A stretch of 64,000 nt of DNA from Candidatus Omnitrophota bacterium (GCA_903901225.1 CAIUQE010000001.1:2563-66562); one strand, 5' to 3'. Shown: positions 19,246 through 29,442, counted from the first letter of the stretch. Notes: generated from the letters alone by a model not told the origin. A program made the numbers and translations.

Positions 19246-20364
19246 CTACACACTGATGGTCTTGTATTCAGGATTCACATAAACATCCTGGTCGCCATCG
19301 CCTTTGGTGACGTAAAGATCATCGAACGTGACATGGCGATGCGGTTCATCAAGGTCCAGGACCATATTGATGCTGCGCCGGGCCCTGATCTCAATGGGCT
19401 GGAACCGCATCGGGATGAAATACTCCCTGTGAACTTTCAAGGATACGAAAGGCTCCGGACAGATGGCCGCCGCCAGCGCGCTGGAGCCGCAAAAGAAATC
19501 AGCCATCACGCAGCCCTCTTCAGAGGCGAACGCAAGCACCGCCTTGACAAGCTCAGGCTCATGGCCCTGCACAGGGAACATTTCCAATATCCGCGCAACT
19601 CTACTGGCATGCCCCTTGATCGGCTCAATACGCACCACGGCTAATCCGCGCTCCGCACGCTGCCCCAGGCCAAGGATCTTGTATTTAATGTACGGATGAT
19701 CGACATATCTCCACTTGAGCGCCTCTTTGTCCTTGCGTGAAGTTGCCTTGCATCTTCCCAAATGAGCCTGCCAGTACGCTTCCGATACAGCCGTAACATC
19801 ATGGATCAGATCATACCCTGTCTTGCTTGCCGGAACACGGGCTGCCATTTCCCTGAAAAACCCTTCCTGTCCGGCAGACTCCTTGTTCTGGAACAACATA
19901 TAACATGCGTCGGCATCAAGGATCGCGACCCTGCGTTCGATCTCAGGACAAACCGGATACCCCAATTTCTCATAGGCCTTCAGCGATAATTCATTCATGC
20001 CATACCCGCAATACATCCGCGTCCTGGACCTCAGGTCTTTCACCAGCGTCCTGCCCAGGCCGGGGATCTTGGCAAAATTCATCCACTCAATATCCCACAC
20101 CGTTGGGACCGCATGGCCATCGATATACGTGGTCCATGGCAGGAAAGCATCAAGGGCCAGAATATGGCGCTGACCATCCAGGCAAGCGAGCATGGAATAA
20201 TCATCCCTGGCAACAACGCCCGCTTTAAATGGCGACATGAAATACTGCCAGCGCACATAAGCCGGATCCGCGCCAAAATACGACGTCCCCACGAACTCGC
20301 GCAATAACCTCAACGCTTCAGGCAACAACGCCTCGCTGACCGGCTCAATGACATACGGCGTCAC
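19246..20364 (-). CDS. GNAT-fold protein, putative acyltransferase
   Basis: Y..WQY..SP, PGLGRTL, GYGMNELSLKAYEKLGY, and a second R....LKWRY..HP repeat. Confidence 0.55.
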   Translation of the reverse strand: MTPYVIEPVSEALLPEALRLLREFVGTSYFGADPAYVRWQYFMSPFKAGVVARDDYSMLACLDGQRHILALDAFLPWTTYIDGHAVPTVWDIEWMNFAKIPGLGRTLVKDLRSRTRMYCGYGMNELSLKAYEKLGYPVCPEIERRVAILDADACYMLFQNKESAGQEGFFREMAARVPASKTGYDLIHDVTAVSEAYWQAHLGRCKATSRKDKEALKWRYVDHPYIKYKILGLGQRAERGLAVVRIEPIKGHASRVARILEMFPVQGHEPELVKAVLAFASEEGCVMADFFCGSSALAAAICPEPFVSLKVHREYFIPMRFQPIEIRARRSINMVLDLDEPHRHVTFDDLYVTKGDGDQDVYVNPEYKTISV

Positions 20365-21677
20365 AGCGACTTCCTCCAGACAGAAACATTGCCATAATCA
20401 TCATTCGTGGCCAGGCCGACGGCCTCAACAGCCTCAAGTCGAATAGTATCATCATCGAACGTGTAACTCCACGATGTCCCCCCATGGTAATCGAGGTTCT
20501 CGTGAAAATAATGTCCGTTCTTCGTCTTAAAACAAAAGTATGGCTGCGGCCCCCAGCAGGACTTGTCGGTCTTAACCATCAAGCAGCCATTCTCCAGGCT
20601 GGCATCGAACTGCAATGGCGCCTCGCGCTTCAAGGCAAGCGTTTGCCGGAGGGCCTCGACAGCGCCGGAATTCCTGATCTTCACCTGGGGATATTTCTTC
20701 TGAACCTTGCGCACCAAATTATAAAAGCCATCAATATACGGCCTCATCTCCCGCTCATCATGATCCGTGACGGCCATAAGCGTTTGAAGGCCATTATCCG
20801 CTCTCTGAAACGCTTTCTCGACTTCATGCTCATCGATCGTCCTGAGCCTGGAATTCAGATTCAGGCATCTGGCAATATACCGTTTCATATGGCCCTTGAT
20901 CTGATAATCGTAGAAATCAGGATGGTAGGTCTCCCATTCCGATGTGGCGCGCCGCCAATCACCATAACGCCCGGCTTTAACATCGTTCTGAAGGTCCGTG
21001 ATGCGGTGCTTATCCGCCGCCACTCCCTGATTTCCAAAATCAAAAGGGATCCACTGCTCCAGGAAAAGATTGATATCCGGACGCTCGCAATGAAAACCTG
21101 GCCGATAGGCACACGGAAACCACCCATGGTCGATCACCCGGCGGCTCAATACCTGCAAATGCTCATTCGTGTGTGAGAAATTATTGGATGACTTATTGCA
21201 CTCGCGAAAAAAAGGCACGGGATGGAAATGCCAATGGAGCTCATCCCGGGAAGAGGCCGCTGAAGCCAGTTTCTTTCTATAATAATCAAAGACCACATGA
21301 TACCCCAGCGCCCGCTGCCGCGGGTTGGTGAGATAGCCGACATGATCGGCAATGAACCAGTTAAAAACATAACCATTGCCAAAGTCATCCACATAACGGC
21401 GGCGCCACGTGTCAGATACGATCTCCCCGATCATCTCATCAACCATGCCCCAATTAATGTTATAACTGAGCCTGGTTTTTGACACAAATTGCATGACCAA
21501 AGGACGGACAGCTGCGGGGACACCTTCTCCCCGGCGAAGTTTCTCAAGATTCTCGTCAGATGGCGGAAGGTCTATCCCGAAGATCGTCTTCACCACCTCA
21601 AATGTGGCTGACAAAGACTCATACAAAGGCCCTTCGGTGTCCACACAATGCACAAGATGGACGATCTTATCGCTCAT
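20361..21677 (-). CDS. Hypothetical protein, polysaccharide-deacetylase (NodB/WalW)-like
   Basis: HCVDTEG, ELHWHFHP, AYRPG and TDHD resemble the D-x-E, H-x-H and R-x-G motifs of CE4-like barrels. Confidence 0.5.
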   Translation of the reverse strand: MSDKIVHLVHCVDTEGPLYESLSATFEVVKTIFGIDLPPSDENLEKLRRGEGVPAAVRPLVMQFVSKTRLSYNINWGMVDEMIGEIVSDTWRRRYVDDFGNGYVFNWFIADHVGYLTNPRQRALGYHVVFDYYRKKLASAASSRDELHWHFHPVPFFRECNKSSNNFSHTNEHLQVLSRRVIDHGWFPCAYRPGFHCERPDINLFLEQWIPFDFGNQGVAADKHRITDLQNDVKAGRYGDWRRATSEWETYHPDFYDYQIKGHMKRYIARCLNLNSRLRTIDEHEVEKAFQRADNGLQTLMAVTDHDEREMRPYIDGFYNLVRKVQKKYPQVKIRNSGAVEALRQTLALKREAPLQFDASLENGCLMVKTDKSCWGPQPYFCFKTKNGHYFHENLDYHGGTSWSYTFDDDTIRLEAVEAVGLATNDDYGNVSVWRKSL

Positions 21678-22407
21678 GGCACAGCCCTTCACTGTTCAAA
21701 TGCTCTTTCCAGATGGCCTCAATGGCCAAAAAATCAAATTTATCGTCAACCTCGTAATTCTGCCAGCGCTGCAGATAATACGGCATTGTCCTGGCCGGGT
21801 AGAACGTCCGGGCACTTTTCAAACTCTCCACCTTTGACAAATAAATGACCCCGTAAGGGATGAACGCTTCCTGGGGAATATCCTGCATCCGCGCAAATTT
21901 GACATCCGTTTCAATAAAAGGCCGGATCAACCCGTCCTCCCCGACACGTTTGGCCATCAATGGATGCTCAAGGACGACTTTGCCGAAACTGACGACGCTT
22001 TCAGCCTTGTCCGCATGATCGGCCAACAACGCAATAGCATTATCAATATCACCATTAGCCCGCAACGGCGATGTCGGCTCCATCAACCCCAGAAGATCAA
22101 ACGCCTCACCCTTGGCCATGAGCGCATCAAGCGTGTGGGCGACCGTGTCCATGACCGTCGCCTCATCCGCCGCCAATGCCGGAGGGCGCATCATGACACT
22201 CACGCCAGGATACTGTTGCGCCACGGCCGCGATCTGCGCGCTGTCTGTGCTGACAACGATCCGGTCCAAAGACGTACTGGCCAGCGCCTGTTCAATGGTC
22301 CAGGCAATAAGCGGCTTGCCCAGCAATGGCTTGATGTTCTTTCCAGGGAGGCGCTTGCTGCCGCCCCTGGCGGGGATCAACCCCAGGATCTTTTTACCGT
22401 TATACAT
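21667..22407 (-). CDS. neuA: CMP-nonulosonic acid synthetase (NeuA/PtmB/LegF)
   Basis: IPARGGSKRLPGKNI, VSTD, RP..LA.D, PTSPLR, EVDDKFDF. Confidence 0.92.
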   Translation of the reverse strand: MYNGKKILGLIPARGGSKRLPGKNIKPLLGKPLIAWTIEQALASTSLDRIVVSTDSAQIAAVAQQYPGVSVMMRPPALAADEATVMDTVAHTLDALMAKGEAFDLLGLMEPTSPLRANGDIDNAIALLADHADKAESVVSFGKVVLEHPLMAKRVGEDGLIRPFIETDVKFARMQDIPQEAFIPYGVIYLSKVESLKSARTFYPARTMPYYLQRWQNYEVDDKFDFLAIEAIWKEHLNSEGLCHER

Positions 22408-22431
22408 CCCGCGACACCTTTCGTGAGCTCA

Positions 22432-23175
22432 TCAATAGATCGTCCAGCCGCCATCCACAAGGATATTCTGCCCGGTGATGTATCTCGCCTTGTCGCTGAA
22501 CATGAACGCGATAACATCAGCCACTTCCTCCGACATGACCATCCTGCCCAACGGCACTCTCGACGAATAAATGTCGGCGAAGGCCGACCCGCCGCGCTGG
22601 GAATCTCCCAATCCGCCGGGTGACACCGCGTTGCAGCGGATATTCCATTTCCCGTATTTTTTTGCCACCCATTTGCAAAAATGGATCAACCCGGCCTTGG
22701 CCACCGCGTAAACCAGCGGCGATGTGATCTTCGTCCCCTCATAGATCTCAAAGGTCGGCGCGACGACGCCCTGGATCGACCCGATATTAACGATAACGCC
22801 CGCGTGATGTTCCTTCATGAACGGCAGGACTGTCTTGGCCAGCAAAAAACTCCCCACAAGATTGACGTCGAGGACCTTCCGGAACGTGTCGGGCGAATAA
22901 TCCTCGATCTCCTGGATGAAACCAGGCGGCTGGCATGAAGCATTGTTGATCAGCCCATAAACCTGTGTTCCGCGCGCCGCCAAACAGGCCTTAAGGCGCG
23001 CGATATCAGCCTCGCTGGTGATGTCCGCCTTGAAGAACTCCCCGGAAAATTCCCTGCCCTGCTCCGGTTCCTTGACATCAAGCAAAAGGACATCGAAACC
23101 GTCACGGATCAAGACTTTCGCAAAACCCTGGCCCAGCACGCCGAGCCCGCCTGAAATAAGGATCGTTTTTTTCAC
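22432..23175 (-). CDS. SDR oxidoreductase (PtmA-like)
   Basis: SGGLGVLG, INNA, GSIQG, YAVAK, NAVSPGG, ITGQNILVDGG. Likely GTG start at 23175. Confidence 0.88.
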   Translation of the reverse strand: MKKTILISGGLGVLGQGFAKVLIRDGFDVLLLDVKEPEQGREFSGEFFKADITSEADIARLKACLAARGTQVYGLINNASCQPPGFIQEIEDYSPDTFRKVLDVNLVGSFLLAKTVLPFMKEHHAGVIVNIGSIQGVVAPTFEIYEGTKITSPLVYAVAKAGLIHFCKWVAKKYGKWNIRCNAVSPGGLGDSQRGGSAFADIYSSRVPLGRMVMSEEVADVIAFMFSDKARYITGQNILVDGGWTIY

Positions 23176-24179
23176 AAAGCCCTCTTCTGTTGACGGGTAA
23201 TTAAAGGGACCCATTTCCCTGACCGGGAGGAACGTTCGATCGCGGCAAGGACTTTCATGGTCCCTACAGCTTCCTGCATGCTGACCATCGCCGGTTTCCG
23301 GCCCTTGATCATATTTATAAAATGTTCAAGCTCATCCAGGTAGGTCTGATTGAAATCATAATTATCGGGCAAACGGAAAACATCCCTGTTCTCATGATCT
23401 TTCTTGCCCTGATAAGAAACTTTCTTGCTGTTCATATCCCAGTCCAGCGTGCCATTCTCCGCGATGATCTGGCAGCCCCGCACGAGACGCTGCGACAAAT
23501 AGCCAAGATGCAGTTCAACCGCCGTTCCATTCTTATACGCCAGGATGGCCGAGCACATGTCCTCCGTATCTATTTCCAAAGCGCTGACACGGTGGACATG
23601 GCCGAAAACTTTTTCAGGCATTCCCAGGAACCACAGCACATAGTCAATTTCATGAACAAGTTCCCTGTGCACACCGCCGCCCAGCGCCTTGCTGGCGCTG
23701 ATCGTCTTGCGGTAATCAACTCCCTTGCGCCAATGCGGCAAATAATAATCCGCGTACGCCCGGACACAATAGATCTTGCCCATTTTGGGAAGATGCTCCT
23801 TGATGAACCGCAGGACCGGATAATAACGCAAGTTGTAGGCAACATCCCAGCGTTTGAATTTTAAGGCTGTAAGTTTCTTTTCAAATTCACCCGCGGCTTT
23901 CAAGTCCATGACCGGCGGTTTTTCCAGCAGGAAAGGGATCTTTTTTCTGCCCATTACCAGCGCGTCGCGCAAATGCTGGCTCGTCGGAGAACAGATGATC
24001 GCGCCATCGATCCGCGCTTCTTTGGCCCACACCCCGTCATAAGAGGCATACTCTTTCAAACCCCTGTCATTGCCCGATCCCGCCGCATGGCGCAGTAAAA
24101 CCACCTCATGCCCCAACGCCAGCGCATTGGCCGCGTGCCTTTTGCCGATGGAACCATAGCCAATAACAAGGAACTTCAT
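23172..24179 (-). CDS. Gfo/Idh/MocA oxidoreductase (PtmF-like)
   Basis: IGYGSIGKRH, LEKP, YLPHWR..DYR, GGGV..ELVHEIDY. Confidence 0.88.
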   Translation of the reverse strand: MKFLVIGYGSIGKRHAANALALGHEVVLLRHAAGSGNDRGLKEYASYDGVWAKEARIDGAIICSPTSQHLRDALVMGRKKIPFLLEKPPVMDLKAAGEFEKKLTALKFKRWDVAYNLRYYPVLRFIKEHLPKMGKIYCVRAYADYYLPHWRKGVDYRKTISASKALGGGVHRELVHEIDYVLWFLGMPEKVFGHVHRVSALEIDTEDMCSAILAYKNGTAVELHLGYLSQRLVRGCQIIAENGTLDWDMNSKKVSYQGKKDHENRDVFRLPDNYDFNQTYLDELEHFINMIKGRKPAMVSMQEAVGTMKVLAAIERSSRSGKWVPLITRQQKRAL

Positions 24180-24180
24180 A

Positions 24181-25473
24181 TCAGCGCCTGACCCCAAAAG
24201 CACTGATGGGTTTGCCCGTGATCAGGGACTTAAGATCCTTCCCGACGATGGCCTTGTGCAGTAATCCGAAAGCCTCATCGTAGATCTTCAGCGTATCCTC
24301 GATATCTTTGGGTTGATGCGCGTAACTCGGATGATGGTAACCGACGAACAACAGCCCCCGCTTCACGCATTCCTGCTGCAGGTACGACCTGATCTCGTTA
24401 ACGGAAAGGTCATCGACCGGAGAAAAAACAAGATGCTGCATGGGAGCAAGCCCTATGACCTTGATGATCTGCTCCAGCCCATGTTTGGCGACCAGGCGGA
24501 TAAGCCCCTCCTTCAGGATGGTGCCCATCTTCCAGATATGTTCGATCACCGGTTCATTCTCAATGATCTCGATCGTCTTCAAGGCCGCGTTAAGGCTGCA
24601 CTTCTCCGTCGCGTACGAAGCCGAAAAGAAGCACTGTTCATCGCCGAACTGCTCCATCAGGCTTTTCTTGCCGGCAAGAGCGCTGAGCGGAAAGCCGTTG
24701 GAAAGCCCTTTGGCGAAACATGCCAGGTCAGGCGTGACCTTGAAATAACGTTGCGCGCCACCCAAAGAAAGACGGAAGCCCGTCTTCATCTCATCGAAGA
24801 TCAGCACGATATTGTGTTCTGCCGTTAAACGGCGGATCCCTTCCAGGAAGCCTTCCTGCGGCTCTACCGTGATCACCGGCTCCATCACAAGGGCCGCGAT
24901 CTCATGGGCCTGCGCCTTGATCGTTGTTGCGATAGCCGCGAGGTCATTGTAATTGTGCGGGATCACCCATGCTGACATCTCCGCCGGGATCCCTTTATTG
25001 CGCGGCGTTGATGCGATGAACCAGTCATGAAAGCCATGGTAGCCGCCGACCGTGATAACCTTGCTCTTTTTGGTGAAATTCCTGGCCAGGCGTACAGCCC
25101 CTTCGCACACATCAGAACCATTCTTGCTGAACCTGACCATCTCGGCGCAGGGGATGATCTGCTTAAGCTTGGCCGCCAGGCGTGATTCTTCCGGGCAGGA
25201 TAACGTGAACACGAGGCCGTCATCAATACCCTGTTTCGCCGCGGCATTCACGCGCGGGTCCGCGTAACCGAGGTTGATCACGCCCAGGGACATGGAATAA
25301 TCGATGAATTCATTCCCGTCCACATCATAAACCCTGCAGCCTTTGGCCTTCTCAATGAAAAGGGGTGACGCGCCGATCACATACAGGTTCGGATTGCGGC
25401 TGAATGTGGAGGTCCCCATCGGGATCAATCCCAGCGCGTCCTCATACATCTTCAACGAATGTGTGAACTTCAT
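24181..25473 (-). CDS. Class III aminotransferase (glutamate-1-semialdehyde aminomutase-like)
   Basis: DVDGNEFIDY, FSKNGSD, GYHGFHDW, IFDEMKTGFR, PDLACFAKGLSNG. Confidence 0.9.
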   Translation of the reverse strand: MKFTHSLKMYEDALGLIPMGTSTFSRNPNLYVIGASPLFIEKAKGCRVYDVDGNEFIDYSMSLGVINLGYADPRVNAAAKQGIDDGLVFTLSCPEESRLAAKLKQIIPCAEMVRFSKNGSDVCEGAVRLARNFTKKSKVITVGGYHGFHDWFIASTPRNKGIPAEMSAWVIPHNYNDLAAIATTIKAQAHEIAALVMEPVITVEPQEGFLEGIRRLTAEHNIVLIFDEMKTGFRLSLGGAQRYFKVTPDLACFAKGLSNGFPLSALAGKKSLMEQFGDEQCFFSASYATEKCSLNAALKTIEIIENEPVIEHIWKMGTILKEGLIRLVAKHGLEQIIKVIGLAPMQHLVFSPVDDLSVNEIRSYLQQECVKRGLLFVGYHHPSYAHQPKDIEDTLKIYDEAFGLLHKAIVGKDLKSLITGKPISAFGVRR

Positions 25474-25482
25474 TAACAACTC

Positions 25483-26655
25483 CTATCTAAGAGAGAATAC
25501 AACCGCCTTGATCTCATCCTGCCCGAATTTCACCGGATTCTGGTCGAACGCCGCTTTCAACTGCGCTGAATTATCAACGATCAGCATCAGGTCGCTCTCC
25601 GTCTTGACCCCGAACCCCTTAAGGTCGGTCGGGATACCCAGCGCATGGCTAAGCGCCTCGATCGCATCCGCGAATTTTATGGATTTCTCTTTCGGGCTCA
25701 GCCCATGACCGTCGGATACGAGGTCATAAAGCTCGGCATATTCATAATATTCATGCGCGACATTATGCTTGATCACACCCGGCAAAAATACAGATCCTGC
25801 CAGGCCATGCGGGATATCAAAATAGACCCCCAGAGGATAGCTCAACGCACCCGCCGGACCTGCGCCGGCATTCATCAAAGCCGCCCCCGCGCAACCGCTG
25901 CCGATCAGCAGGTTCAGCTTGACGGGCGTTGACATGTCGCCTTGGGCAAGCTTGTTCAGGTTCTCAAAAAGGAGTTTGAACGCCTGCCGGGAAAACATCC
26001 TTGAAATGAAGGTGGCATTCCTGGCCACAAAACTCTCCAGGGTATGCGTCATGGCATCCATGCCCGCGGAAGCAAAAACCTTCATCGGGCAACTGCTCAA
26101 GAATTGGGGATCATAGACCGCCAGCCGCGGGTAATTGTACTCCGTGTTGATGCCGAACTTCCACTTTGCCGCCGTATCAATGAAGACCGCGTACGGGGTC
26201 ACTTCGCTGCCCGTCCCGGCCGTTGTCGGCAGTGCCACAACAGGTAAAGGCATATTCTTGACCTTGCCAAACCCGCGGTAATTGATCGCCGCGCCCTCGT
26301 TGGTCTTGAGCGTCGCCAACCCCTTGGTCAGGTCGAGCGTACTGCCACCGCCGATGCCGACAAAACAATCCAACGCCACATCCTGAAAACCCGCCTTGGA
26401 CTGATCCAAATGGTCATATGTCGGCTCAGGCATTTCATTCACAAAAAGCGTGACGTGTTCCAACTCTTTCTGGCAAATGCCAATGATCTCTTTAACATAC
26501 GGGCAATGGTCATAAACCCCTTTATCGACCACGAGGCCTATCCTGTTCCACGCATAGTTCTTGAGGTACTTCGGCAATTCACGGGCGATCCCGTCGCCGC
26601 TGAGCATTTCGGTCTTCATGACAAAACGGATATTTTCTTTCAAGTGATCTTTCAT
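25483..26655 (-). CDS. Iron-containing alcohol dehydrogenase family protein
   Basis: GIGGGSTLDLTK, PTTAGTGSEVT, DAMTHTLES, PHG. Confidence 0.9.
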   Translation of the reverse strand: MKDHLKENIRFVMKTEMLSGDGIARELPKYLKNYAWNRIGLVVDKGVYDHCPYVKEIIGICQKELEHVTLFVNEMPEPTYDHLDQSKAGFQDVALDCFVGIGGGSTLDLTKGLATLKTNEGAAINYRGFGKVKNMPLPVVALPTTAGTGSEVTPYAVFIDTAAKWKFGINTEYNYPRLAVYDPQFLSSCPMKVFASAGMDAMTHTLESFVARNATFISRMFSRQAFKLLFENLNKLAQGDMSTPVKLNLLIGSGCAGAALMNAGAGPAGALSYPLGVYFDIPHGLAGSVFLPGVIKHNVAHEYYEYAELYDLVSDGHGLSPKEKSIKFADAIEALSHALGIPTDLKGFGVKTESDLMLIVDNSAQLKAAFDQNPVKFGQDEIKAVVFSLR

Positions 26656-26695
26656 AGCCCATTCCTGTTAAATTTAATATTGTTTAAAACACACA

Positions 26696-27376
26696 TTACT
26701 TCACGCCATAGGCCACCACATGGCGCTCCCGCGAGAATTTAACCAGTTTGATAAATGGCGTAAGCTTGACTGTCGGAGGAAAATCGATCGGGACCAGCGC
26801 CGCGATGATCTCCGGGATAAATCGAAATAATTTATTCCGCCAGCTGAACGGCAAATAATGAATGTTCTCAGCCACCACATCCTTAAAGTCATAGCGCAAC
26901 AAAAGATCGTGCAGCGAAAAGACCGTGAACGGCGATTTATGGTCCGCATCATCATAAAACACCTTATAAACCGACTTCCAGTCGCATGTCAGGATAATGA
27001 TCTTTCCCCCCGGCTTGAGCACCCTGCGCAAGTTCTCCATAACGTGATAAACATTCCCAAGATGCTCAATAGCGGATTTCATCATGATAAAATCGAAATA
27101 ATTGTCCTCAAACGGCAAGGCCTCCCGGTCAATGTCAGCAACTTTGACCTTAAGCCCCTTGGCACACGCCAAGGAGTCCTTATCGACGCCGTACACATCG
27201 AACCCGAGGTCGGAGTAAATATCCACAAACTCTCCCCGGCCACAACAAACATCCAATAACTTACCCTTCCGGGCTTTAAAATATTTATCCGCCAAATGTT
27301 CGCACAATTGACGCGGGAATTTTGTATATGTCCGCACGTTCTCGTTATAATGGACCTTCGTATAACTGTTCTGCAT
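26696..27376 (-). CDS. Class I SAM-dependent methyltransferase
   Basis: LLDVCCGRG, LPFEDNYFD, IEHL, RVLKPGG. Confidence 0.88.
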   Translation of the reverse strand: MQNSYTKVHYNENVRTYTKFPRQLCEHLADKYFKARKGKLLDVCCGRGEFVDIYSDLGFDVYGVDKDSLACAKGLKVKVADIDREALPFEDNYFDFIMMKSAIEHLGNVYHVMENLRRVLKPGGKIIILTCDWKSVYKVFYDDADHKSPFTVFSLHDLLLRYDFKDVVAENIHYLPFSWRNKLFRFIPEIIAALVPIDFPPTVKLTPFIKLVKFSRERHVVAYGVK

Positions 27377-27381
27377 ACCCC

Positions 27382-29442
27382 TCAGGTCTCCTCTACTTTG
27401 TAAAAGAAATCACGGATATCCATGAATTCACTCATTTTCCGCAAGGTAACATTCTTGTTCTTGTGCGCGTATTGCTGCAACAATAATTCCAACGCCTGTT
27501 TCTGCTTCTCGGGAAGGTAAAAACGGAACTTGATGCCTTGGGGGCGATGGAACCGCTCAAGGTCCGTCTTATACTTGTCATTCTGCCATCCGAGGATATC
27601 ATAATGGAACGTAAGGACCTTTTCCCTGGAGACCTCTGCCCAATCAGAGGTCAGGTCAAGGATCGCGGCAAAATGGAACTTAAAAAGATCCTCGATAACG
27701 GCCCGCTTGGACTGGCAAAGGGGCGAATAATTAATTGCCGTCGCGAATAAGAACTCATTAAAACTGGCCATGGCTTCGATCAGGGTCTTAAATATATACT
27801 TCCCGTTCATCTTGCCGTGCTTGCCATCTTCCAGGTCTTTGAATTTCTCTGGCCGGCTGTAATGGGCCTTAAGATCATCCACCGAATCAAACCACTCAGC
27901 CCTGGCTTCCTGCTTGAATTCACTGAAGATCTCCTGGATCCTCTGATAGCTGGCATTTGTCTGGGCCTCATCGATCAATCTCAGGATGTAATCCAGAGGG
28001 CTGATGCCAATCGACCTTAAATATTTCAACACACCGTAATAGAACCTGTAATTCCACAGGAACTGGATGAGCCAATGGACCGGTCGAAAATACAGGATCT
28101 CATCCTCGGTCATGTCGGATGTCGCCCGAATACCTTCTTCAGCCTCGAAAGACATGCGGCCTTCATACGTGCCGAATGAATTATCAACAAGCCTGAATTT
28201 CGTCGTGCAATTGAACTTCCCATTTTCCTTCAGGAGCGACATCTCCGTCCCTTCCAGCAAAAGGGCGTTATAGCAGATGATGTAAGAAACATCCCAGTCG
28301 AAAAGGCTGCGCAGCGTCCTGATATGACTTTCTTTTGTTTCGCCAGGAAGCCCAAGGATGATCTCCGTGCCGGACATGCCGCCCATGGCATTGACCCTGT
28401 CCATGATGTCCTTGAATACGGAGATCTTGATATTGGCCCGGTTCACGTTCATGAGCACCTGCTCATCCAGCGACTGCAATGACACAATGATGTTCGAGCT
28501 TTTCAGGATCCGGGCGATCTCAAAAAGCTTCGGTTGATTCTTGGCCCAGTTCGTATTGAACTTCTTCAAGTTCTGCGTTTCATCGGACAACTTCGCGATA
28601 TATTCCGCGATCTCCATGTCACGTTCAACAACGCCGAAATTGGCATCCGCCAGGTTCAGGATGTTCGTGTTCTTGACTTTTGTGGCGATATAGCGCAATT
28701 CCTCCTTCACGCGGTCCATGCTGAAAAGATCCAGCCGGTTGTGCGAAGAAAATCCCTGCGCGCAAAATGTGCATGTGTACGGGCAGCCTCTGTTGGTCTC
28801 GACGATAGGGATAAGCTTGGTCTCGAAAAACTCATCCAGCAAGCCGGTCAGATAGGGTGAAGGGATGCTGTCAAGATCCTTGATCCTGGGAATATTATTA
28901 CCCACAACAGCGGCCCTGTTCCTCACATCATAAAAAATGACCCCGTCAATGGGCGCTGATCGCAACTGATCGATCTGCAGGCCTCTTGCCTCCACAGCCT
29001 TCAATAATTCAATAAAGGGTTTTTCCCCCTGATAGGGCACATAAAAATCCACATGCGGATGAGTTTCAAAGAACCGCGCATACCCGCGCGGAGAGTAATC
29101 AATGTTCGGCCCGCCAAAGACCACGATCGCCTGGGGATTGATCTCTTTAACGCGGGCCGATATCTTCTTATTGATATCCACGTTCCAGGTATAATTACTG
29201 AACCCCACAATATCAGCAGGATCCTTCTTGTACGCTGAAATGAACTGATCCGGATATTTGAACAACCTGACATCAACTTCCTGCGGCGCATATTTCCTGG
29301 CATAGCCGGCGATATAGGAAATATTCAGCGGGAACATATAGGTCCCCACGCCCAGATAGTTATGCACCAGATCACACAAATTTATCTTTAACGTTTTACG
29401 CACAGGCTTCACAGCTCCTTCGATCCCTACATCCCCAGGCAT
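27382..29442 (-). CDS. Cobalamin-binding radical SAM protein with long C-terminal extension
   Basis: PLNISYIA, GFSNYTWN, VFGGPN, QGE, IPSPYLTG, ETNRGCPYTCTFC, ADANFG, ILGLPGET. Confidence 0.9.
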   Translation of the reverse strand: MPGDVGIEGAVKPVRKTLKINLCDLVHNYLGVGTYMFPLNISYIAGYARKYAPQEVDVRLFKYPDQFISAYKKDPADIVGFSNYTWNVDINKKISARVKEINPQAIVVFGGPNIDYSPRGYARFFETHPHVDFYVPYQGEKPFIELLKAVEARGLQIDQLRSAPIDGVIFYDVRNRAAVVGNNIPRIKDLDSIPSPYLTGLLDEFFETKLIPIVETNRGCPYTCTFCAQGFSSHNRLDLFSMDRVKEELRYIATKVKNTNILNLADANFGVVERDMEIAEYIAKLSDETQNLKKFNTNWAKNQPKLFEIARILKSSNIIVSLQSLDEQVLMNVNRANIKISVFKDIMDRVNAMGGMSGTEIILGLPGETKESHIRTLRSLFDWDVSYIICYNALLLEGTEMSLLKENGKFNCTTKFRLVDNSFGTYEGRMSFEAEEGIRATSDMTEDEILYFRPVHWLIQFLWNYRFYYGVLKYLRSIGISPLDYILRLIDEAQTNASYQRIQEIFSEFKQEARAEWFDSVDDLKAHYSRPEKFKDLEDGKHGKMNGKYIFKTLIEAMASFNEFLFATAINYSPLCQSKRAVIEDLFKFHFAAILDLTSDWAEVSREKVLTFHYDILGWQNDKYKTDLERFHRPQGIKFRFYLPEKQKQALELLLQQYAHKNKNVTLRKMSEFMDIRDFFYKVEET

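Noticed and set aside
24181-25473. hemL (tetrapyrrole synthesis)
   Set aside because: No hem genes nearby; the KNGSD/GYHG.HDW pattern and context fit glycan-cluster homologues.
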